Source: Gammaproteobacteria bacterium
GTDB lineage: Bacteria > Pseudomonadota > Gammaproteobacteria > UBA4575
Length of the DNA stretch: 64,000 nt
Direction: 5' to 3'
Assembly: GCA_965221955.1 (NCBI GenBank)
Contig: CBDCTA010000005.1
Span: forward strand, 1 to 64,000
In this document: in pieces, positions 8,599 to 18,652 of the stretch
Layout of the letters: each line of letters begins with the position of its first letter
How positions within the stretch are numbered: the first letter of the stretch is position 1
Position numbers and translations under genes: made by a program
The notes under the pieces: model-generated
Database searches by the model: none
What the model was told of the DNA's origin: nothing
What the model saw: only the letters and a program-made list of their open reading frames with translations

Positions 8599-8626
8599 AT
8601 GTCCGCTATTGGCCGAAAGCGGACAT
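8599..8626 (+). repeat. Terminal A site of the array
   Basis: ATGTCCGCTAT-TGGCCG-AAAGCGGACAT, full consensus. Confidence 0.95.
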
Positions 8627-8742
8627 TTCGAGTTCTCTTAACTTTAATCAGATACGTCATCCATGTTGTAAACTTTGTGAGTGCATCCATGCAGTCGTAC
8701 AATTTCTGTGCTTCCGTCATACATGGAGGCCGAAGCAGACAT
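8627..8742 (+). repeat. Conserved array-end sequence with NCATCCNTGN mini-palindromes, then a degenerate half A site (8728-8742)
   Basis: 8627-8692 aligns without gaps to the reverse complement of 25694-25759. Confidence 0.8.
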
Positions 8743-8757
8743 TATTAATCAGTAAGA

Positions 8758-10878
8758 TTAATAATTCCGATATACGAAAGAACTCGAATTTCTTGCTTCT
8801 AGAAGTTTTGTGAGGTCAGTGGCGATATGTGCAGTTTCGTCTAATAATACATCAATAAAAGCTTCATCATCGTCCAACTTATTAAGATTTTCCTCTGTAT
8901 CTTTCAGTAAGTTTTCATACTCGGAGCGTGTTGACTCAAGCCGTTTATATTCTTCTTTTCTAGTGGACTCTAGCAAAGAAACTGTTTTTTGATTTCTAAC
9001 ATCATAGTCCAGTTGAAATATTTCAATTAAAGAATTGAATTTTTCATCTTCGCGTATTCTGCTTTTGTGTTTTTCAGCTGTTTGGTTAATGATCTGTACG
9101 TCTACATCGCCATAATGATGTTTAACAGGGGAGATCGTGCTTGCAGGTAGCGCATTTTTTAATGCGCGTTCACCGTATGCTTCGTCTTCAGATAAGGTAT
9201 TGAAATCGATGTCTGGAACAACACCTTGATGTTGAGTGCTGCTGCCGTTTATACGAAAATATTGCGCTATGGTTGCCTTTAATTGACCAAGCTTTTCGTC
9301 GTCACTCGTGCTGAAATTATTTAAATCTACAAGTTGTTGTACGGTGCCTTTACCAAATGTAGTTTCACCTGCGACGATGCCGCGTCGATAATCCTGAATT
9401 GCGCTGGCTACAATTTCAGAGGCCGATGCACTATAGCGATCAACTAAAACCACTAACGGTCCATAATATGAAATATCAGAGTCACGATCACGATGTACTT
9501 CAATATGGCCACTTGAGTCTTGTACTTGCACGATCGGGCCTTCATCTATAAATAGGCCAGCCAACTGAGTCGCTTCTGTCAGTGAGCCGCCCCCGTTTCC
9601 GCGCAAGTCTAAAATTAATGCATCAATTTTTTGTTTTTTAAGCTCTGTGAGCAAGTTGTTCACATCGCGAGTGGTGCTTCTATAATCTTTGTCACCACGT
9701 TGGTATGCAGCAAAATCGATGTAAAAAGTGGGTACATCGATCACTCCAATTTTATATTGTTGTGCGCCTTCTTCTATTTCGATGACTTCACTCTTGGCAG
9801 CTTGTTCTTCTAATTTAATTTTGTCACGAGTAATTTGAATTTCTTTTATCTTTGCGGCTTGACCTTCATCACCCGGTAATATTTGCAAATTTACTTTGGT
9901 GCCTTTAGCGCCACGAATTAATGCAACCACTTCTTCCAAGCGCCAACCCACTACATCTTTAAATTCTTTTTCGTTTTCTTGTGAGATACCTACAATCCTG
10001 TCAGTACCGTGTAATAAATCACTTAAATCTGCTGGCCCGCCAGGGATGATTTTTTCTACTACTGTATATTCGCCATCTGTTCTCAATAACGCACCAATAC
10101 CTTCTAATGAAAGGCTCATTCGAATTTCAAAGTTTTTAGAAGTTCTTGGTGATAAATAGTTAGTATGAGGTTCTAAAGTACTTGCAAACGCATTGATGAA
10201 AAGTTGATAGACATCTTCAGCATCTACTTGTGTACTGCGTTTAGCAATACCTCTGTACCGCTTTTCTAATGTCTCTTTGATTTCTGAAGGTTTTTTATCT
10301 GCGAGTCTTAAAGTTAGTACATCGTTTTTTACACGCTTACGCCAGATTTCATTTAATTCATTACTGTTCTGAGCCCATGCAGATTCTGAACGATCTATGA
10401 TTAACTCTTCATCAATTTTAAAATTAAATTTATCTTCTAACAAATCTAAGGCAAATAATACACGTTCATCTACTCGTGCTTGATATAAGCGGAACATTTG
10501 GAAAGGAGCATTTAAATCTGTTCTAGAAATTGCATCATCTAGTTTGAAACGAAAGATTTGAAAACTATCAATATCCTTTTGATAGAAATAGCTGCGATTT
10601 GGATCTAATGCTTCGAGATAAGCATTTAATATTTGAGCAGAAAGCGTGTTGTTGATATTAAATTCTTTATAGTGGTACTTATCTAAAAAATGCGTGATCA
10701 GTTTAGTGGCACGATTATGTTGTTTTCCAGGACTAAGAATTTCGCTTGTATTACTATAGCTAACGCTGCTTGCAGCAATCAGCGTTAATGCGGTGAGACA
10801 GAAAAGGATTAATTTTGAAGAGAATTTTTCCAAAATAGAATGCTTAATATTGATGTAATTAATGTGCAGTTTAGACAA
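8758..10878 (-). CDS. prc: Carboxy-terminal processing (tail-specific) protease, S41
   Basis: PDZ GIGA, DLRGNGGG, SASASEI, TFGKGTVQ. Confidence 0.93.
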   Translation of the reverse strand: MSKLHINYINIKHSILEKFSSKLILFCLTALTLIAASSVSYSNTSEILSPGKQHNRATKLITHFLDKYHYKEFNINNTLSAQILNAYLEALDPNRSYFYQKDIDSFQIFRFKLDDAISRTDLNAPFQMFRLYQARVDERVLFALDLLEDKFNFKIDEELIIDRSESAWAQNSNELNEIWRKRVKNDVLTLRLADKKPSEIKETLEKRYRGIAKRSTQVDAEDVYQLFINAFASTLEPHTNYLSPRTSKNFEIRMSLSLEGIGALLRTDGEYTVVEKIIPGGPADLSDLLHGTDRIVGISQENEKEFKDVVGWRLEEVVALIRGAKGTKVNLQILPGDEGQAAKIKEIQITRDKIKLEEQAAKSEVIEIEEGAQQYKIGVIDVPTFYIDFAAYQRGDKDYRSTTRDVNNLLTELKKQKIDALILDLRGNGGGSLTEATQLAGLFIDEGPIVQVQDSSGHIEVHRDRDSDISYYGPLVVLVDRYSASASEIVASAIQDYRRGIVAGETTFGKGTVQQLVDLNNFSTSDDEKLGQLKATIAQYFRINGSSTQHQGVVPDIDFNTLSEDEAYGERALKNALPASTISPVKHHYGDVDVQIINQTAEKHKSRIREDEKFNSLIEIFQLDYDVRNQKTVSLLESTRKEEYKRLESTRSEYENLLKDTEENLNKLDDDEAFIDVLLDETAHIATDLTKLLEARNSSSFVYRNY

Positions 10879-11164
10879 TGAAGTATCTCGCTCGCGGCTG
10901 TAATCTTAGAGGAAAGCTGTGAATGATTAAATTTTATACGTTATGTCACTGAGTGGGGGAGAGCTTTGTTATGCTTTTGACCACTTTAAAATCAAGTATA
11001 TATTTGTAAGCAATTGATTGTAAGGACTATATTTAACTTGTTATGCTTTTACAGTTAAAGCGGCATGAAGAGCCGCCCAAATGCGATAAACTGAAGAAAG
11101 TAATGTCCATGACAATCGCTTAAGTTTGTCGTTATAAAGACCCTAATAACAATATAAAAATCCT

Positions 11165-12649
11165 TTGACTACTGAAAATACCATCGTAATCGGCAAAAGC
11201 GATGCTGTGCAGCGTCTTTTCCTTAACCGAGCTAATCGCCATGGCTTAATCGCAGGCGCTACAGGTACGGGTAAGACCGTCACTTTGCAAATACTGGCTG
11301 AAGGCTTTTCACAAGCAGGTGTACCGGTGTTTGCAGCAGATATTAAGGGAGATTTAAGCGGTATCAGCCAAGCCATCGAAGAAAAGCCCAAACTGGTTGA
11401 GCGGGCAGCTAAAACCGGAGTAGAAGGGTATACACCGCGTGGTTTCCCAACCGTATTTTGGGATATCTTTGGTAAACAGGGGCATCCAGTGCGCACCACA
11501 ATCTCGGAAATGGGTCCGTTGTTGTTGTCGCGTTTGTTGGACTTAAATGACACACAAGAAGGCGTATTAAATATTGCCTTTAAACTGGCGGATGATCAGG
11601 GTCTATTGTTGTTAGATTTCAAAGATTTGAGAGCAATGCTTAACTATGTAGGTGAGAATGCATCTGAGCTCACAATCGACTATGGGAATGTCAGTAAACA
11701 ATCGATAGGTGCGATTCAGCGCCGCTTATTAGTACTTGAACAACAAGGTGCTAAAAACTTTTTTGGTGAGCCTGCTTTAGAGCTGAAAGATCTAATGCGT
11801 ACTACCGAAGAAGGCAAAGGATTTATTAATTTATTTGCTGCGGATGAACTCATGCAAAATCCGCGACTCTATTCGACGTTCTTGCTCTGGCTACTGTCTG
11901 AGTTATTTGAAGAGCTTCCCGAGGTGGGTGATCCAGATAAACCCAAGCTAGTATTTTTCTTCGATGAAGCTCATTTGTTATTTGACGATGCCCCCAAGGC
12001 ATTGGTTCAAAAAGTTGAGCAGGTGGTTCGTTTGATTCGTTCTAAAGGTATAGGCGTATATTTTGTCACGCAGAACCCAATAGATGTCCCTGATGAAGTA
12101 TTAGGGCAATTGGGAAATCGAATTCAACACGCGCTGCGTGCTTACACTCCACGAGACAAGAAAGCGGTTAAAGCCGCTGCCACTACTTTTAGAGAAAATT
12201 CTGAGCTCGATACTGAAAAAGTGATTACTGAACTGGGTGTAGGCGAGGCATTAGTGTCTGTTTTGGATCCGGAGGGTGTACCAACAGTTGTGCAACAAAC
12301 TAAAATTCGTCCTCCTGAATCCAGAATGGGGCCTGCCACGAAGCCAGAGCGCAAGACTGTGTTTGGGCAAAGTCCAATCAAAGATATTTACGATAAACGT
12401 ATAGATCGTGAAAGTGCCGCAGAGAAACTTAAAGCACGTGCTGAAGAAGCAGCTAAAGAAGCTGAAAACAAGGCAAATAAAGAAAGAGAATATGAGGCAA
12501 AGAAACCTAAAAAAACGACTCGTAAAAAACGTAGTAGAAGAGAAACGACAACCCAAACTGTTGTTAAGAGTGCGACTAAAGTAATCACTTCACGGATTGG
12601 GCAATCGATTATCCGTGGAATTATGGGTTCAATTTTTAAAGGAAGATAG
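11165..12649 (+). CDS. HerA-like P-loop ATPase, DUF853/YjgR family
   Basis: [35 protein letters not shown]. Confidence 0.92.
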   Translation: MTTENTIVIGKSDAVQRLFLNRANRHGLIAGATGTGKTVTLQILAEGFSQAGVPVFAADIKGDLSGISQAIEEKPKLVERAAKTGVEGYTPRGFPTVFWDIFGKQGHPVRTTISEMGPLLLSRLLDLNDTQEGVLNIAFKLADDQGLLLLDFKDLRAMLNYVGENASELTIDYGNVSKQSIGAIQRRLLVLEQQGAKNFFGEPALELKDLMRTTEEGKGFINLFAADELMQNPRLYSTFLLWLLSELFEELPEVGDPDKPKLVFFFDEAHLLFDDAPKALVQKVEQVVRLIRSKGIGVYFVTQNPIDVPDEVLGQLGNRIQHALRAYTPRDKKAVKAAATTFRENSELDTEKVITELGVGEALVSVLDPEGVPTVVQQTKIRPPESRMGPATKPERKTVFGQSPIKDIYDKRIDRESAAEKLKARAEEAAKEAENKANKEREYEAKKPKKTTRKKRSRRETTTQTVVKSATKVITSRIGQSIIRGIMGSIFKGR

Positions 12650-12660
12650 GTATATCAAAG

Positions 12661-13041
12661 ATGGCTGAAAATTTATTACGCGAATGGGAAGTGTGTTTAA
12701 ACAATGGTGATCTTGATGGGATCGTAGATTTATATACTAAGGATGCTGTTTTATGGGGTACTTTCTCAGATATTATTCGTGACAATCATGAATTAATTCG
12801 AGAATACTTTGAAAACTTATTTGAAAGAAAAAATCTTAAGGTAGAATTCGGAGCTTCTAACTTAAGAAGTTTTGGCCAGGCGGCTATATATTCTGGGGAC
12901 TATAAATTCACCTATGAAGAGGATGGAACTGTCGAATGCCCTTCAAGATTTTCATTTGTTTTTTATAAGAAAGCGGGTGAAGAATATAAAATAATTGACC
13001 ATCATTCGTCTTTGATTCCTGATACAGGATCACGCGGATAA
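12661..13041 (+). CDS. NTF2/SnoaL-like (SgcJ/EcaC, CaMKII-association-like) protein
   Basis: LYTKDAVLWGT and RFSFV...IIDHHSS motifs. Confidence 0.8.
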   Translation: MAENLLREWEVCLNNGDLDGIVDLYTKDAVLWGTFSDIIRDNHELIREYFENLFERKNLKVEFGASNLRSFGQAAIYSGDYKFTYEEDGTVECPSRFSFVFYKKAGEEYKIIDHHSSLIPDTGSRG

Positions 13042-14184
13042 GCCTTTTTTAATTCTATCAAGCCCTTCATCAATTTTTTCATCTGATAGTGCCCCATAAG
13101 ACAATCGCAAGAAACAAGATGATTGAATTCCAAAAGCGGATCCAGGGATCGTTGCTACTCCAAATTTTTCAATTAATGTTCTAGCTAACTGCATATCATC
13201 TTGTGTAGTGTCGATGTTCAAGAGCGTATAAAATGCGCCCTCTGATGTAGGTTGAGACTTTAATCTACTCAGATTGCTGAGTTTGTTTAATACCATTTCG
13301 CGTTTTATATACATCGCATGTCGTTTTTCTTCAAGGAAAATGCTTTCTGCACTTAATGCGCCGATTGCTGCATATTGTGAGACCATAGGTGGTGAAATGA
13401 GCACTGTATCTTGAATTTTTTTAACCGCTGATAATAAATGTTGCGGTATTACCATATAACCGATACGCCAACCCGCAAATCCATAACCTTTGGAGAAAGA
13501 AAATAAAGAAATGGTGTGTTCATGTGCGTGTTCTAGTGAAGCCGAGGAAAAATGTTCGTGCTCGCCATAATAAAAATCTTCGTATGCTTCGTCACTGATA
13601 TGATAGATATTATGCTGTTTGCATAATTGATTAATTTCTATTAACTCTTCTTTTGTATATACCACGCCGCTAGGATTATTGGGGCTAATAGTGACAATGG
13701 CTTTAGTTTTGTTTGTGATCGCAGCCTTAATTTTGTCTATGTCTAAATGAAAATCATCTTTACTGGCAACCAACACAGGCTTGCATTGTTCCATCGTTAA
13801 AGACATTTCATGATTAAAATAATAGGGTAGGGATAATATAACTTCCTCTCCTGGATCAGTGATTGCGAGTATCGCGGTATTAAATGCCATATTGGATCCG
13901 GCGGTGACTACAATCGTATTGTTGTCGTCAACTTCAATATTGTTGGTTTGTTTTAATTTGGTTTTTAAGGCCTGTTGTAATTCAGGTATCCCTTCAACGG
14001 GACCATATCGATTAATCTCATCATCATCTAAGTGTTTCCGAACGCTTTGAAAAGCTTGTTTTGGTGGATCATAAAAAGCGATGCCTTGGCCAAATGATAT
14101 CGTGCCTGGATTGTTTCGGCTTAATTCGCCAATGTAGGGAATAATAGGGGATTGAACGGCGTCCAGCCGTTTACTGTTTTTCAT
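13030..14184 (-). CDS. PLP-dependent aminotransferase class I/II
   Basis: SPNNPSG, SDEAY, SFSKGYGFAGWRIG. Confidence 0.92.
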   Translation of the reverse strand: MKNSKRLDAVQSPIIPYIGELSRNNPGTISFGQGIAFYDPPKQAFQSVRKHLDDDEINRYGPVEGIPELQQALKTKLKQTNNIEVDDNNTIVVTAGSNMAFNTAILAITDPGEEVILSLPYYFNHEMSLTMEQCKPVLVASKDDFHLDIDKIKAAITNKTKAIVTISPNNPSGVVYTKEELIEINQLCKQHNIYHISDEAYEDFYYGEHEHFSSASLEHAHEHTISLFSFSKGYGFAGWRIGYMVIPQHLLSAVKKIQDTVLISPPMVSQYAAIGALSAESIFLEEKRHAMYIKREMVLNKLSNLSRLKSQPTSEGAFYTLLNIDTTQDDMQLARTLIEKFGVATIPGSAFGIQSSCFLRLSYGALSDEKIDEGLDRIKKGLSA

Positions 14185-14230
14185 CTCAATTTGAGAAAAT
14201 CTTATTGTCTATTGTTAGATACGAGTGTTA

Positions 14231-16522
14231 TTAAATTGTTATGCGTCGATAAATGTCTGAGACTTTATAAGGCAATTTATCAACATGATCAATGACCGTA
14301 AAATTCACAGCACCATACATATGTTGCAAATAATCCATCGCTTCTTCGTCTATGGTGATACAAAAAGGGTGGATGCCTAAAAATTTAGCTTCTATCAATG
14401 CGCGTCTTGTATCTTCGATTCCATATGGGCCACGATAACCATCTTGATCATCGGGTCTACCATCTGAAAGAGTAATTAAAAGTTTGGTGCGAGCCTCAAC
14501 TTGATGCAATTTTTTTGTTAAATGTCTAATTGCAGCACCCATGCGAGTATAGTCTTGTGGTTCGATTCCGCTAATGCGTGCTTTTACTTCTTTGTCATAG
14601 TTTTCATCAAACTCTTTAATTCTATATAGTTCGCAACGTTGGTGGGTTACACCAGAAAAACCGTAGATTGCATATCGATCACCCAATATTTCAAGTGATT
14701 CACAAAGTAAAATCAAGGCTTCGCGCTCCATTTCATTAATCCAGCCGCTAGTGGAGCCGCTCATATCAATCATGAACATTACTGCAATGTTACGATCAAC
14801 CTTGCGTGACTTAGTAAATAAATTTTCTGAAGCCTCCATACCGATTTTTGTGTCAGTGAAGGCATCGATGACAGCATCCAGATCAATGTCGTCACCAAAA
14901 GGTTGACGTTTCATGCGCTTATCGTCTTCGCGCAAAGCTTCAAATGTTCTATGTAAATGTTTCAATAAGCCACGATGTTTATGTAAGGTGTTATTGACAA
15001 AATTATTATGAATAGGACGTACTTCAATTTCTTTTAAATGGCACCAGTCTTTGCGATATTTCTGCCTAGAGTGATCCCATTCGTCATAGAAGAAAACATT
15101 TTCAATGTTTTCTTCTATGACCTCTAAGTTCCCTTCAGACTCTTCTTCATTTTCAGCATAGTTATAATCAGTAACTAGATATTCGTCAGGAATACTGCCT
15201 TGGTCTTGTAATATCGAAGCTAATAGTTGTTGTATATCTTCTGGTGGTTCAATGGCTTTTTCGTCGAACTGTAATTCGATTTTAAAACCATCCGGCATGC
15301 CATCATCTTCTATTTCTTTAATAGAGAAACCTTTTTCACCATTTTCAGCAATTGAGTCAACTGATATTTCTCCACTTTCATTTTTAGTGTTCTCACGACT
15401 CATTTTTTCAAGCTCTTGCTGCAAGAGTGTAAGCTTATCTTTTAAGGATTGTTTTTCTTTTATCTCTCTTGCTTCAATTGCTAATCGTGTTTCGTGTGGG
15501 TTTAATGAACCTTGATAAATTTTATCTACAGGCATTTGTTCATCTTTATAAACGGCCTCGAGAAAAAACATGGTGTCTTGAACTGTTGCAGTGGGTTTGG
15601 ATAGTTCCAAAAAGGCTCTTTGCCAATTTTTTGATAAATTATCTTGAATGTTATTCTCTTGTTGCTCGCTCAGAGCTTGCATTGCGCGTGCAATTCCAGG
15701 CAACTCGTTTTTAATGCGTGCGTCTAGGCGGATGGTTTCAAGTTTATGGAAGATAGACAAGGCGCGATCAGGATCTTTGAATCGTTTAATCAATGCTTCG
15801 ACATTCATGCGCCAAGTGCCAAACCAGGTTTGTGCCCACTGATGCACAGCCATGGCTTTGTATAAAGTAAAGTTATCTTCGCGTTTATTAAATAGTGAAG
15901 AAATTTCAGGAAGTCGTATTAATTCAGTGTCGGTATAAAGCTCATCGTTTGCTTCAATTCCTAAATATCGCCCGCTTAATCCCATAACAAAACTTTCGAG
16001 TATGCGAGATACTTCATTTAAAGCAACGCTGCTAGGTGCAAGACTTAGCGATGTCACATAGCTTTCAACATTACGCATGGTATTGATGCAATCATCCATA
16101 CCATTTTTATCATAGATAGTTAGTAAGTTAGCAATCCAATCATCCCAATTTTCTTCATCTACGAGCTTTAAACTTTGTGGGCCAAATTGACAGAAGCTGA
16201 AACCTAACTCAATACTGGTATTGCAAATTTTTTCAATAGTATTTAAAAAGCGATCTTGATCTACTTTGGCAGACCCTGCGAGTTCTTTAGCAGGTTCAAA
16301 AACACTGTTTTGAACGCTAAGCACGGGTTCTACTAGTAGCTCCATACGTAGTTGTAGTTCGCGCACCCCCATTCCGCCATAAGATGCACTAGTCGTGAGT
16401 CCTCCTTGGCGTTCTAAGGATTTGATATGTCCACCATCCTTGCTATAAGCGGGGATTTCATATTTTTCATCACCGTTTTTGTTTTGGAGTTTTTTCCATT
16501 GTTTTTTCCAAAACATAATCAA
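14231..16522 (-). CDS. NorD/CbbO-type vWA-domain protein (true start may be further in)
   Basis: YDEWD, C-terminal vWA with MIDAS DMSGST and SDGRPDD...YGIEDTR. Confidence 0.85.
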   Translation of the reverse strand: MIMFWKKQWKKLQNKNGDEKYEIPAYSKDGGHIKSLERQGGLTTSASYGGMGVRELQLRMELLVEPVLSVQNSVFEPAKELAGSAKVDQDRFLNTIEKICNTSIELGFSFCQFGPQSLKLVDEENWDDWIANLLTIYDKNGMDDCINTMRNVESYVTSLSLAPSSVALNEVSRILESFVMGLSGRYLGIEANDELYTDTELIRLPEISSLFNKREDNFTLYKAMAVHQWAQTWFGTWRMNVEALIKRFKDPDRALSIFHKLETIRLDARIKNELPGIARAMQALSEQQENNIQDNLSKNWQRAFLELSKPTATVQDTMFFLEAVYKDEQMPVDKIYQGSLNPHETRLAIEAREIKEKQSLKDKLTLLQQELEKMSRENTKNESGEISVDSIAENGEKGFSIKEIEDDGMPDGFKIELQFDEKAIEPPEDIQQLLASILQDQGSIPDEYLVTDYNYAENEEESEGNLEVIEENIENVFFYDEWDHSRQKYRKDWCHLKEIEVRPIHNNFVNNTLHKHRGLLKHLHRTFEALREDDKRMKRQPFGDDIDLDAVIDAFTDTKIGMEASENLFTKSRKVDRNIAVMFMIDMSGSTSGWINEMEREALILLCESLEILGDRYAIYGFSGVTHQRCELYRIKEFDENYDKEVKARISGIEPQDYTRMGAAIRHLTKKLHQVEARTKLLITLSDGRPDDQDGYRGPYGIEDTRRALIEAKFLGIHPFCITIDEEAMDYLQHMYGAVNFTVIDHVDKLPYKVSDIYRRITI

Positions 16523-17004
16523 CGATTACCTTTGCGTAGATTTTTTATTAAAAAGTCTTTCGCTTGATTGATTTTTGTAGCCAGATAATCGTTACCACCA
16601 CGATCAGGATGAATTTTCTGAATTAATTTTCGATGCGCTTCAATGATTTCTTCTTCAGTAGCATTTCTATCAACGCCCAATACTTTGTATGCTTCTTCGG
16701 TTGTCATTTTGGAATTTTGAGTGCTGTTATTTTCTGTACCTGTATGGTTTGGAGGGGTATCTGTGAATAGTCTTTGTAAAAAAGGCAAAAATTTCAAAAA
16801 CCCCATAAATTTTTGAAATAAAGCTGCAAGCGTTGCGATTAAGGCAAACAACCAATGTAATCTTCCTGTGGCGGCCATTATGATCAAAACAATAGCAGCA
16901 AAGATAAGTACTGCTTGAATTTGTTTATTTTTCGGTTGCTTACGTAGCCAACGCAAGAATAATAAAATTCCAATAATTCCTGCGATGAGTAAGATTTGAT
17001 TCAT
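16519..17004 (-). CDS. Membrane-anchored DnaJ-domain protein
   Basis: N-terminal TM segments; C-terminal J domain with HPDRGG. Confidence 0.9.
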   Translation of the reverse strand: MNQILLIAGIIGILLFLRWLRKQPKNKQIQAVLIFAAIVLIIMAATGRLHWLFALIATLAALFQKFMGFLKFLPFLQRLFTDTPPNHTGTENNSTQNSKMTTEEAYKVLGVDRNATEEEIIEAHRKLIQKIHPDRGGNDYLATKINQAKDFLIKNLRKGNR

Positions 17005-17151
17005 AAGAATGGGTTAGTGTCTAAGGCTGGAAATTGTAGGGTTCCTTGCCAAAATTTAGTAGGTTGATTTTGGGCTATTGCTATATTTTGAAATAATTAA
17101 ATTTTATTTTAACCCAAAAGTGCATTTTGATCGTTTAAGCATGTAAATCTA

Positions 17152-18633
17152 GTGGAAAATAAAGGATTAAGCATGAAACGTATCCAATCTTGGTCAATAT
17201 TCGTAATAAGTTTACTCTTCATCTTAAGTTTAGGGCAGGTAGGGGCTTCTACACATGAAGGAGAGCATAGGAGCACCTTGGAAGATCAGTCAGAAGTCGC
17301 GGTTACTATTTATAACGATCAATTAGCTTTAGTGAAAGACCTACGCACCATTCGTTTGGATAGTGGTTTTAATAAATTGGCGTTTCGTGAAGTGAGTGCC
17401 CAAATGCGACCAGAAACAGCATTATTACGTAGCCTAAACTATCCTGATGGGTTTCGTCTAATCGAACAGAATTTTGATTTTGATCTGTTAACACCGCAAA
17501 AACTATTAGAAAAATATGTCGGTAAAAAAGTCAAAGTAGTGAAAACACATCCAACTACCGGGAAAGAAAAGTTGCTCGATGCAGTTGTGCTAAGTGTCAA
17601 TAACGGGGTGGTATTGCGTATTGGCAATCGTATTGAAACAGGTGTTCCAGGGCGTATTGTATTTGATGAAGTACCAGGTAATTTGCGGGATCGACCAACC
17701 TTGGTTATGCAGCTTAACAGTGCGACTTCGAAAGCACAGCAGTTACAGCTTAGTTATTTAACCGGAGGTCTGTCTTGGAGGGCGGATTATGTAGCTGAGT
17801 TAGATGAGTCAGATGAATTTGTTGATTTAACGGGTTGGGTTACGTTAACCAATCAAAGTGGTGCAACCTATAAAAATGCCAAATTGCAACTTGTAGCCGG
17901 TGATGTAAATCGCGTACAAAATGGTTTTAAAGAGGCTAAGAGAAGATTTGAAATGTTAGCTGAAGAATCTATGGCAGCAGATGCGGATATGGTTGAAGAA
18001 GCTTTATTTGAATATCATTTGTATACCCTACAACGACCCACTACGATAAAAGAAAATCAAACCAAACAGGTTTCATTATTAAGCGCAACAAAAATACCGG
18101 TTAAGAAGGAATTTTTATTAAAAGGTCAGAACTACTACTATCAAAGTTCGTATGGCTCTATTGGGCAAAAAATGAAAGTAGGTGTATTTGTAGAATTTAA
18201 TAACGACAAGGAATCTAATTTAGGTATGCCATTACCGAAAGGAGTGGTGAGGGTTTATAAAAATGATCAATCAGGTAATGCACAGTTTGTAGGTGAAGAC
18301 CGTATTGATCATACACCAAAAAATGAAGAAGTAAGGTTAAAGCTTGGCGATGCCTTTGATGTAACCGCAGATAAAAAACAAACTCATTTCAAAAAAGCAC
18401 ATGCAATTGGTAAGTATAACTATGCATACACCGCTAGTTTTCAAATCGATCTTAAAAATGCTAAAAATCAAGAGGTGGAAGTTGTTGTACAAGAGCCTAT
18501 TCCAGGTGATTGGAAAATGAAAAAGCAAAGCCATGAGCATGAAAAAGTGGCTTCAGGTACTGCGGAGTGGAGAATCAAAGTACCAGCAGAAGGTAAAACC
18601 ACTTTGACATATGAGGTATTGATAAGATATTAG
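17152..18633 (+). CDS. DUF4139 domain secreted protein (copy 1)
   Basis: Signal peptide, VTIYN, LSYLTGGLSWRADY, LPKGVVRVY. Confidence 0.85.
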   Translation: MENKGLSMKRIQSWSIFVISLLFILSLGQVGASTHEGEHRSTLEDQSEVAVTIYNDQLALVKDLRTIRLDSGFNKLAFREVSAQMRPETALLRSLNYPDGFRLIEQNFDFDLLTPQKLLEKYVGKKVKVVKTHPTTGKEKLLDAVVLSVNNGVVLRIGNRIETGVPGRIVFDEVPGNLRDRPTLVMQLNSATSKAQQLQLSYLTGGLSWRADYVAELDESDEFVDLTGWVTLTNQSGATYKNAKLQLVAGDVNRVQNGFKEAKRRFEMLAEESMAADADMVEEALFEYHLYTLQRPTTIKENQTKQVSLLSATKIPVKKEFLLKGQNYYYQSSYGSIGQKMKVGVFVEFNNDKESNLGMPLPKGVVRVYKNDQSGNAQFVGEDRIDHTPKNEEVRLKLGDAFDVTADKKQTHFKKAHAIGKYNYAYTASFQIDLKNAKNQEVEVVVQEPIPGDWKMKKQSHEHEKVASGTAEWRIKVPAEGKTTLTYEVLIRY

Positions 18634-18652
18634 TCTTAATAAAGGATATAAC

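Larger units (their letters stand above)
676..8742 (+). mobile_element. Putative non-attC gene-cassette array: 11 full A-linker-B elements, one lone B, a terminal A and 13 cargo genes
   Basis: Short unrelated ORFs alternate strictly with a conserved bipartite palindromic element. No recombinase in the window; mobility is inferred. Confidence 0.8.

Noticed and set aside
676-8626. A sites as simple intrinsic terminators
   Set aside because: There is no consistent U-tract, and this would not explain the B sites, the fixed cores or the fixed spacings. A side role in termination remains possible.
11165-12649. HerA-like ATPase as the array's mobility or defence enzyme
   Set aside because: It is an ordinary DUF853/YjgR protein, separated from the array by prc, with no nuclease partner.
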